This document shows, piece by piece, positions 17,569-25,122 of a DNA stretch of 64,000 nt (position 1 is its first letter; each line of letters opens with the position of its first letter). A program made the position numbers and the translations under genes. The notes beneath the pieces are model-generated. The model was not told where the DNA came from and did no database searches. It worked only from the letters and a program-made list of their open reading frames with translations. The stretch covers positions 64,977 through 128,976 of IMG/VR virus record IMGVR_UViG_2974564184_000001, one strand, 5' to 3'. This DNA is from a virus. Its lineage: Duplodnaviria > Heunggongvirae > Uroviricota > Caudoviricetes.

Positions 17569-19758
17569 ATGGCAGATACATTGCAAGATGTAAACCACAT
17601 CCATGTGCTGCCTGACTTCGTGCAGGACGGGGTTAATTATCTACCTGGCGATTTCCTTCGCCAGAAAGAAAACCTTGTAAAGTTCTTGGGAACGTACCTT
17701 GAGAGACTTCGCGTAATTGACGAAATGCTTGTCAATCTCTCTGAGGGCCGACTGCTGGCGAATGCCGCTTACAAGAACCTGGACGAGATTGGCAGACAGC
17801 TTGGTGTTGACCGTAACGGTATGAGCGATGACAGTTATCGTGCTTCCATTACGATCCTACTGGCGAGTGCTTCAAAACACGGGACACGCCCGGAAGTTAT
17901 TCAAACTTTACGTCAGTTGTTTGGTGACCAAAACTTCACCACCTGGAAAGGTGACAACTATCGTATCGACATTCACGTAATGTCAACCTGTTTCCGACTG
18001 GAAGATCTCCTTCAAGAGATCAAAGATATGCTGCCCCTTCCAACGCATCTGCGTTTGATTGAATCGTATGGCAGAGCTTTCGGATTCAACGGCGATAAGG
18101 ACACCTTCGGGTTCTCCTCTGTGAATGCAAACAAGACAACGACAACCCAAGGTGGGATTGCTCGTCTGGTGTACACTTCTGATGAAGAGAACACTGGATA
18201 CATCATGACCGTCACAGTCGATGACATCACTGTCAACGCCTCTGAGGTAGCACCTGTAGGTATCGTGATCTCTATCTCTGATGCTGTTCTGACAGAATCA
18301 AGTGATAGTGTGACAATTGCACCACTGTCTGTAGCCTTCGGCACAGCTACCGTTGGGGAACCAACAGCAAGCAAGCTGATGACTGTGAACAACAACACTG
18401 ACTTCACGGTTACGATTGCAACCCTGACCATGCCGACCGGGTACACACTCGCATCTGGCAGTGCTCAAGTGGGAACTGTAATTGCTCCAAGAAAGACAGC
18501 CGATATTGCTGTTAGCTTTAATCCGCAAGAAGTCGGGAACATCTCTGGAAACATGGTTGTTACCACAACAGGACAAGCAAGCACGTTAAGAGTTCTTCTT
18601 TCTGGTGTTGGTAAGGCAGCTCCGATTGTTGGATTGCAGCGCCTGGTGACATCTGGTAACCAGTTCGTGACCACTCAGAGTGCTGAGAATTTCCGAATCA
18701 AATCTGTAAACTGGTTTGGTATGGAAGGTCTGAACTTCACCCCTCACGGAACGTGGGTCGGTGCTCGTTACTGGAAAGACATCATTGACCAGATCAAGAC
18801 ATTCGGATTTAACACGATCCGTATCCCTCTGTCTGGAGAAGTGGTACAGAACAACCCATACCCACCGAATGGTGCTGTGGACTTAGAGGTTAACTCTGAA
18901 TTCGTTGACAAGAGAGCGCTGGAGATCTTGGATCTCATCATTGCTTATTGCAACACTCAAGAAATCTATGTTATCCTTGACCATCACCGTCGTGCTGCGG
19001 GTACAGGTGCAGATGGCTCTCCGGTTGACGGAAGCTACAACTTGACCAAATGGTTGGACACTTGGACGAAACTGGCAACGCGCTATAAATCAGCGGTTAA
19101 CGTTATCGGGGCAGACGTTCACAACGAACCGCATGACCTTGACTGGGCAACGTGGGCAGGCTATGCTGAACAAGCTGGTAATGCTATCCACGCTGTGACC
19201 ACTGATTGGATCATCTTCGTTGAAGGTGTTGGACAGTACGAGAATGTCAGCTACTGGTGGGGCGGTCAGCTTCAAGGTGTTGCAACTCGTCCGGTAACTC
19301 TGACTCAACCGAACCGTGTGGCTTACAGCCCTCACGAATACGGACAGAGCGTTGGAAGTCAGTCTTGGCTGGCATACGACAATCAGACACCTCCGGTGAA
19401 CTGGCCTAACAACTTGTACGGCGTTTGGCAACCAATGTGGGGTTACATCTTCACACAGAATATTGCGCCGCTTTGGGTCGGTGAGTTTGGTGGACACTTC
19501 GGTGTCGATGGTAACGGAAACGTAACTAAGCCTCACGCAACCTATGAGAAGCAATGGCTCAATAATCTCATCAAATATTGGAATGGTGACTTTGACGGCA
19601 ACGGGACAAAAGATCTGGCAGCAGGGAAGAAAGGAATTTCCTACAGCTACTGGAGCTACAACCCGAACAGTGGTGATACAGGTGGTCTTGTAGAAGACGA
19701 CTGGGTAACTCCTCAAACTGTGAAGCTCGATCTGCTCGCTCCTGCATTGTCCGACTGA
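17569..19758 (+). CDS. Baseplate wedge protein (DUF2612/gpI-like) fused to Ig-like domain and GH5 endoglucanase (729 aa)
   Basis: Likely start ATG 17569 (SD GAGG). N-terminal LDEIGRQLGVDR wedge motif; C-terminal GH5 motifs VNWFG, GFNTIRIP, VILDHHR, HNEPH (Glu codon 19126), YSPHEYG, VGEFGG (Glu codon 19483), YWSYNPNSGDTGG. Confidence 0.92.
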   Translation: MADTLQDVNHIHVLPDFVQDGVNYLPGDFLRQKENLVKFLGTYLERLRVIDEMLVNLSEGRLLANAAYKNLDEIGRQLGVDRNGMSDDSYRASITILLASASKHGTRPEVIQTLRQLFGDQNFTTWKGDNYRIDIHVMSTCFRLEDLLQEIKDMLPLPTHLRLIESYGRAFGFNGDKDTFGFSSVNANKTTTTQGGIARLVYTSDEENTGYIMTVTVDDITVNASEVAPVGIVISISDAVLTESSDSVTIAPLSVAFGTATVGEPTASKLMTVNNNTDFTVTIATLTMPTGYTLASGSAQVGTVIAPRKTADIAVSFNPQEVGNISGNMVVTTTGQASTLRVLLSGVGKAAPIVGLQRLVTSGNQFVTTQSAENFRIKSVNWFGMEGLNFTPHGTWVGARYWKDIIDQIKTFGFNTIRIPLSGEVVQNNPYPPNGAVDLEVNSEFVDKRALEILDLIIAYCNTQEIYVILDHHRRAAGTGADGSPVDGSYNLTKWLDTWTKLATRYKSAVNVIGADVHNEPHDLDWATWAGYAEQAGNAIHAVTTDWIIFVEGVGQYENVSYWWGGQLQGVATRPVTLTQPNRVAYSPHEYGQSVGSQSWLAYDNQTPPVNWPNNLYGVWQPMWGYIFTQNIAPLWVGEFGGHFGVDGNGNVTKPHATYEKQWLNNLIKYWNGDFDGNGTKDLAAGKKGISYSYWSYNPNSGDTGGLVEDDWVTPQTVKLDLLAPALSD

Positions 19759-19769
19759 GAGGAGTAACA

Positions 19770-22190
19770 ATGAGACAGGCTACATTTACAACAACCCTCA
19801 ACCAGGCCAGCGAATCGCTGGTCACGGTTGACTATGCCACCCAGGACGGATCTGCGGTGGCACCCGCTAACTATACAGCTAAGTCTGGGACTTTGACGTT
19901 TGCAGCAGGGGAAACCTCTAAAGACATCATCGTCCTTGTGAACGACGACGCGCCTGCGGAGACAGAGACGAACTTCTATGTTCTCTTGACCAATCCGCAG
20001 AACGGCGTCTTAGGGACTTCTCGTGGTACGGCTACAGTACCGGGTTCAGAAGAACCACCGAAGACGAACTATCTGGAACGGTTCAAGACCATTTACAACA
20101 TGGTTCATGATGTCGATAACAAATACTTTGGGCCGCAGACAGGGGCGAATGCTCGCACACTGCCACGTCACATCCCGGGTGTTGATAGTATCATCATCAA
20201 CGAAGCGCCTGACCACGGTGGTGAAACCGTATCAGAAACTGCTTCCTTCTGGGTTGGTCTGGAAGCGTGGAATGGTTACGTAAGCGGACAACTGGGAACC
20301 GCCGATTGGTCAGGTTATAACAACGCCTGGAACCAGATCGATAAGTTCTACGTTCCGTCTGCGACTAACCAGCCGATTGCGACGTATCTACCAGCGAAAC
20401 CAGCGGACTACACCCCAGAGGGTGACTTGCCGAGTGCTTACCCGACACTGGGTGACCCGACAGCAGCCCACGGTACTGACCCGTTAGCAGATGAGTTGGA
20501 ATCAACCTACGGCAACAAGCGCATGTATCTCATGCACTGGATTCTGGACGTTGAAGGCTTGTACAATTTCCGAAATGGCGATGGTACTAAGCAGAACGTG
20601 TATATCAACACGTATGAACGCGGTATGCAGGAATCTTCTTTCGAGACGGTAACGCACCCGGCGTGGAACGACTTTGCTAACGGTGGTTCTATCTACGGAT
20701 ATGACCCATTGTTCACCCAAGGATCTCAGTGGTATCCAGCAGCAGCCAACGATTGGGGTAAGAAGTGGTCATACACTAACGCACCCGATGCAGAAGGCCG
20801 TGCGATCCAGTGGTCATTCTGGGCGCAGAAGTTTGCAACCGAACAAGGCGCAGGTACAGCCATCTCTGCTTCGACTACAAAAGCGAAGAAGATGGGCGAC
20901 TACATGCGTTACAACCTTTTCGATAAATATTTCCGCAAAATTGGTGATAATCAATTAGGTGGGACGGGTTACGAAAGTTGCCATTATCTGGTAAACTGGT
21001 ATGCAGCATGGGGCGGTGAGATTCCGGCAGCAGGAGCTACAGCTTCTTGGTCGTATCGTATCGGTTCCTCTGAGTGTCACCAAGGTTATCAGGCAATCGA
21101 CTCAGCATATTTCATGGCAACAGGTGGTGGTGGATTCAGTCCTCTGTCCCCGAGCGCTTCTGACATTTGGTTAGGCTCTGTCTACCGTCAGATGGAAATG
21201 CTTCGTTGGTTGCAATCAGCAGAAGGCCCGTTAGCAGGTGGTGTGACGAACTCCTGGAACTCTCGTTACGAGACTCCTACCGATGGTCGTCAGAACGCCA
21301 AGTTCTACGGAATGGTTTATACCTATGCTCCAGTATGGCACGATCCACCATCAAACGACTGGGTTGGTTTCCAGACATGGGGTCAAGGCCGTACAGCGGA
21401 TCTGTTCTTGGAAGTGTCTGATAAGGCAACTCCACTGGCAACAACATTGAAAGCCAACCTTGAGGTCATCCTTGATCCTCTGGTTGTGTGGTTCCTGAAC
21501 AACTCTACGTTGTCCTCTGATGGTTCATTCCTGCTCCCGGGAACTCTGTCTTGGACTTCCCCGACGCAAGTTGTTGGTCAGACGGCGACCGCGCCAAACC
21601 ACGAAGGTGTGTATGAATACCTTCCATCCCTTAACTGGGACGGAACAGGTAACCAAGCAGCATTCTGGAATGCGTCCACAGTTCCTAACCCGAACTTGCA
21701 TTGCAGCATTGTTGAGTATGCAACCGACCTCGGTGTTGCAGCGTCCTTGGCTTACATGTTGATCTCTTACGCGAAAGCGAAGCAGAACATGGGTAAATTC
21801 ACCACCAAGATCAAAAGTACAAACCACACCGCAGAAACTGCGTTGACGTTTGCCAAAGAATTGCTGGATCGCATGTGGAACAAATACGTCGATGACGTTG
21901 GCCTCGCGATTGACAGTTCAATGTCAAGCTACAAGCGTCTGTTTGACACGGTGTATGTGCCAGAGATCTTCACAGGTACGATGCCGAACGGCGAGCAGAT
22001 CAAGACGGGCGTTAAGTTCCATGAACTTCGTACCTTCTTGCACGATGACCCTAAATGGGCAGAAGTACAGGCGTATGCGACAGGTGCTACTAACGTGCCA
22101 CCAGTGTTCAAATACCACCGCTTCTGGGCGCAAGCCGAATTCGCGATCAGTCTCGCGGCTCTCCATCGTTACTTTAGCGACGTGATCTGA
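19770..22190 (+). CDS. Calx-beta domain plus glycoside hydrolase family 48 cellulase (806 aa)
   Basis: Calx-beta (VDYATQDGSA...YTAKSGTLTFAAGETSK); GH48 motifs YLERF, EAPDHG-ETVSE, MHWILDV, INTYERG, YTNAPDAEGRAIQ, GGVTNSW, YHRFWAQ; no signal peptide. Confidence 0.92.
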   Translation: MRQATFTTTLNQASESLVTVDYATQDGSAVAPANYTAKSGTLTFAAGETSKDIIVLVNDDAPAETETNFYVLLTNPQNGVLGTSRGTATVPGSEEPPKTNYLERFKTIYNMVHDVDNKYFGPQTGANARTLPRHIPGVDSIIINEAPDHGGETVSETASFWVGLEAWNGYVSGQLGTADWSGYNNAWNQIDKFYVPSATNQPIATYLPAKPADYTPEGDLPSAYPTLGDPTAAHGTDPLADELESTYGNKRMYLMHWILDVEGLYNFRNGDGTKQNVYINTYERGMQESSFETVTHPAWNDFANGGSIYGYDPLFTQGSQWYPAAANDWGKKWSYTNAPDAEGRAIQWSFWAQKFATEQGAGTAISASTTKAKKMGDYMRYNLFDKYFRKIGDNQLGGTGYESCHYLVNWYAAWGGEIPAAGATASWSYRIGSSECHQGYQAIDSAYFMATGGGGFSPLSPSASDIWLGSVYRQMEMLRWLQSAEGPLAGGVTNSWNSRYETPTDGRQNAKFYGMVYTYAPVWHDPPSNDWVGFQTWGQGRTADLFLEVSDKATPLATTLKANLEVILDPLVVWFLNNSTLSSDGSFLLPGTLSWTSPTQVVGQTATAPNHEGVYEYLPSLNWDGTGNQAAFWNASTVPNPNLHCSIVEYATDLGVAASLAYMLISYAKAKQNMGKFTTKIKSTNHTAETALTFAKELLDRMWNKYVDDVGLAIDSSMSSYKRLFDTVYVPEIFTGTMPNGEQIKTGVKFHELRTFLHDDPKWAEVQAYATGATNVPPVFKYHRFWAQAEFAISLAALHRYFSDVI

Positions 22191-22192
22191 TC

Positions 22193-22221
22193 AAGGGGGG
22201 CGGGAAACCGCCCTCTTTTTT
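22193..22221 (+). terminator. Rho-independent terminator after GH48 gene
   Basis: GGGGCGG-GAAA-CCGCCCT plus T-run. Confidence 0.75.
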
Positions 22222-22231
22222 GGAGAGATAA

Positions 22232-22585
22232 ATGGCAACGGTTACAGCTACCTTCACCCTTAGCAGGGACAATTTCGCGGAGATTAGTTCTCTGGACTAT
22301 GCGACAAGTGATGGCACCGCGATTGCAGGTGTTGATTATGTGGCAAAGTCAGGACGGATCACCATGAGCGCAGGCACCGTAGAGGTGCAAATCTCAATTG
22401 ATGTAATGACCAAGCCGAAAGGCACCCCGAGCAAGACCTTCTTCCTCGATTTGTCAAACCCATCTAAGTATCGAAAACTCATTACCAAAATCGCCCGGAC
22501 AAGAGCGGTGTGTACGATTTACACCACTGACGCTGGCCCACTCGCTGTCATCAGCATTAGCGATGCAGTAATCACACAAGTATAA
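22232..22585 (+). CDS. Stand-alone out-of-phase Calx-beta protein (117 aa)
   Basis: LDYATSDGTAIAGVDYVAKSGRITM...TFFLDLSNPS; lacks N-terminal strand and ends in VISISDAVITQV. Confidence 0.85.
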   Translation: MATVTATFTLSRDNFAEISSLDYATSDGTAIAGVDYVAKSGRITMSAGTVEVQISIDVMTKPKGTPSKTFFLDLSNPSKYRKLITKIARTRAVCTIYTTDAGPLAVISISDAVITQV

Positions 22586-22595
22586 CGAGGATATC

Positions 22596-23534
22596 ATGGC
22601 ACAACCTGAGATCGAGATCGAAGTATGGGCAGGGTTAGATTATGATCTGCCTAATGCCCTGACAAAAAACAAAATCAGACCTATCTCTGACCTATGGGAT
22701 AAGGGATATGATATGGGCGAGAAGCCTGATGTCCAGGCGTGGAACTACGTGTGGTACATGCTGACTGTGTGGATGAAGTACATGCAGGAAGAGCAGCTTC
22801 CAGGTCTTGATAACCTTTACCTGAAACGCACAAGAAACCTTGAGGAACTGACTGATAAGCCACAGGCTCGTAGTAACTTGGGTGTTTATTCGAAAGATGA
22901 CTCCGACAACCGTTACTTGCAGCTAACGGGTGGCGCTCTGTCAGGTGGATTGAAAATTGCTGGTAACACCGCAGTTGATATCACCTCACAAGGTCTTGCT
23001 ATTCGCTGGAACGAGACCAACGGCTCAGGCGCTACCTTCTTTGTCAACAACCAGGGTGGTGGGACAGGTGGTTTTGTATTCCGTAACGTGAACGCATTAG
23101 GTACTGCGGAAACTGGTCGTGTAACGATCCAGCCGAACGGCTCTCTGGTAACTTCCGCTACAGTTCGTGGTGGAACTCTGGAATCAACTGGTAACGCCAG
23201 TGTAGCAGGAACCACAACAACTGCCAACCTTACGGTGCAGAATAACGCAGCAACAGTTGGTGGACGACATGTAGCGAGAGCAGTGAACGGAAACATCGCA
23301 GACGAGAACGGTAACGTGACAGTGACCATTCCTTCTCCTGGTGTTACTGACGTTCGTCTTGGGTCTCAAGGGAACCAAGGTGCTTCGAATAGCTTCACAG
23401 TTCCTGCTGGATGCCTGGTTACAGGTCTTAACGGTTTCAAAGTAACCGGGCCTGACTTCCAACTTTATGGTCTATTCTACCGTCCTCTCCAGAAATTCCT
23501 CAACGGGGTCTGGGTGACCGTTTCAGTAATCTAA
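22596..23534 (+). CDS. Tail fibre protein (312 aa)
   Basis: Baseplate-attachment N-terminus (WDKGYDMGEKP...WNY); C-terminal tip DVRLG...VPAGCLVTG...YRPLQKFLNGVW; followed by fibre assembly gene. Confidence 0.8.
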   Translation: MAQPEIEIEVWAGLDYDLPNALTKNKIRPISDLWDKGYDMGEKPDVQAWNYVWYMLTVWMKYMQEEQLPGLDNLYLKRTRNLEELTDKPQARSNLGVYSKDDSDNRYLQLTGGALSGGLKIAGNTAVDITSQGLAIRWNETNGSGATFFVNNQGGGTGGFVFRNVNALGTAETGRVTIQPNGSLVTSATVRGGTLESTGNASVAGTTTTANLTVQNNAATVGGRHVARAVNGNIADENGNVTVTIPSPGVTDVRLGSQGNQGASNSFTVPAGCLVTGLNGFKVTGPDFQLYGLFYRPLQKFLNGVWVTVSVI

Positions 23535-23543
23535 GGAGATTGT

Positions 23544-24044
23544 ATGATCCACCTGAAAAATTTTAAAATCTACACCCCGGAGACCGTCCCAGACGGTTTC
23601 TTGGGACACGAAGTCGTGTTCTTTCAATCCGAAGATGGTGTGGATTTCTACCAAATCCTTGCAGATATGAAAGAGGATACCGTCAAGGTATTGTACCGTG
23701 ATGATGTCGTTGTTGGATTCTCAACCGACGCCAGCGCACTTTACCCTGCCGATGCCAGCCTCATCGAGTTGAAAGCCGAGAACATTCCTGATGATATCTC
23801 TATCGACGGAAGGTTCATGGTAGACTTCAAGAAGAGAGCTGTCAAGCTAAATGAGAAAGCCATTCTCGAAAACACCAAGGAGCAAATCCTTGCTGAGATT
23901 GCGCCGACCATTGAAGACCTTCAAGACAAGGTTGACACAGGTGACGCTACGGATGAAACGCTTGAAACCTTCAAACAGTGGAAAGCATACCGTATCGCCG
24001 TCAGAAAAGCAACTACGCTGGAAGAGCTTCCAGAGAAACCGTAA
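23544..24044 (+). CDS. Tail fibre assembly protein (Tfa-like)
   Basis: FFQSEDGVDFY...FSTDASALYP; C-terminal LQDKVD...WKAYRIAV...PEKP. Confidence 0.85.
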   Translation: MIHLKNFKIYTPETVPDGFLGHEVVFFQSEDGVDFYQILADMKEDTVKVLYRDDVVVGFSTDASALYPADASLIELKAENIPDDISIDGRFMVDFKKRAVKLNEKAILENTKEQILAEIAPTIEDLQDKVDTGDATDETLETFKQWKAYRIAVRKATTLEELPEKP

Positions 24045-24055
24045 GGAGAACCATC

Positions 24056-24370
24056 ATGTCCATCGACCTGTTTGCCATTCTCAAGGCGGTTTGGGCTGTC
24101 ATCTCGTTCGCCCTGGTAGGGGTGCTACGAGTTGTCTATTCCGACTACAAGAAGACGCAAGGAAGACTTGATGAGCTTGACAAAGACATCATTAGGATTA
24201 AAGCCGAAATGGTGACTAAGGAAAAACTGGATGACATCTTGGATAAGAAACTGAAAACGATCCGTGACGACGTTTCAGACTTACGTAGAGACATCAAAGA
24301 AGACGTTGGGGATCTTCGACAAGACCTCAGCCGTCAATTCCAATTGCTCATGGAGAAACAAGTCAGGTGA
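24056..24370 (+). CDS. Membrane protein with one TM and a coiled coil (holin/antiholin-like)
   Basis: Likely start ATG 24056 (SD AAGGAG); N-terminal hydrophobic helix, heptad-rich tail. Confidence 0.55.
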   Translation: MSIDLFAILKAVWAVISFALVGVLRVVYSDYKKTQGRLDELDKDIIRIKAEMVTKEKLDDILDKKLKTIRDDVSDLRRDIKEDVGDLRQDLSRQFQLLMEKQVR

Positions 24371-24840
24371 TAGCTTCTGCACTGTACTTCTTGTGCTTTG
24401 CAGTGCTGCTATTCCACACAGAGAAAGGGATCAGGGTTATGTCGGTATTCGGCATGACCCACATCCTGTCGGAAAATGGACTCTACTGGTGGTTCACAAA
24501 ACACATCCAGTATTTTGACTGGAATCTGTACTTCACGGGTTGCTGGTTCCTCGACATCGGATTGCTATTCGCTTCTGCTTGTGTGCTACAAGGGTGGAGA
24601 AAGAAACTCACGCTGGCTGTCTCGGTTCCCATATTGTTTTCGCAAATGCTTGCACTGCAATATCCATTCGTGCTGCCGGAAATCTTTGGTTTCGTGGTTG
24701 ACTCATCCTATCAAACTTCGATGGAGATGATCATCCTGTGTGCTTCGTTCCAGGATAACACGATCAAGGAGTGGTTGAAAACCGTTGTCGTAATCAGTGC
24801 TTTGGTGCTGGCTCGATTTATTCCTATGCTATTGCATTGA
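24367..24840 (+). CDS. Multi-pass membrane protein (157 aa)
   Basis: Several hydrophobic segments; GTGA overlap with previous gene. Confidence 0.6.
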   Translation: MIASALYFLCFAVLLFHTEKGIRVMSVFGMTHILSENGLYWWFTKHIQYFDWNLYFTGCWFLDIGLLFASACVLQGWRKKLTLAVSVPILFSQMLALQYPFVLPEIFGFVVDSSYQTSMEMIILCASFQDNTIKEWLKTVVVISALVLARFIPMLLH

Positions 24841-24855
24841 AATTCCTGAGGGATT

Positions 24856-25107
24856 ATGCTAAAATTCTTGAAAGACCTTATTCGATCACCAGTTGATCCC
24901 AACAAGGCATCCCACACCAAATTCTGGAGCAACATCGGAATGGCGGCTATGACCGCTGTTTTCCTGTACTGGGGATTCAAAGGATTACTCACTGAGTGGT
25001 ATCTTTGGGTTTATGCCCCTACGGTTGCTGCTCCTCACCTGATCAGTAAATTGATCTCTCTGCGATACGGAATTACAACCGAGCAGAAATCTAATGACCA
25101 AGAATAA
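24856..25107 (+). CDS. Two-TM membrane protein, possible holin (83 aa)
   Basis: Two hydrophobic helices, charged C-terminus; ASHTKFW motif. Confidence 0.55.
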   Translation: MLKFLKDLIRSPVDPNKASHTKFWSNIGMAAMTAVFLYWGFKGLLTEWYLWVYAPTVAAPHLISKLISLRYGITTEQKSNDQE

Positions 25108-25122
25108 CCAAGAGAGGATCTA

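Noticed and set aside
19090-19770. 226 aa minus-strand ORF over the GH5 region
   Set aside because: Antisense to a motif-complete enzyme; no family features
19770-22585. Cohesin/dockerin or cellulose-binding module in the cellulase cluster
   Set aside because: No duplicated Ca-binding dockerin motif or recognisable CBM2/CBM3 pattern; accessory domains read as Calx-beta and Ig-like
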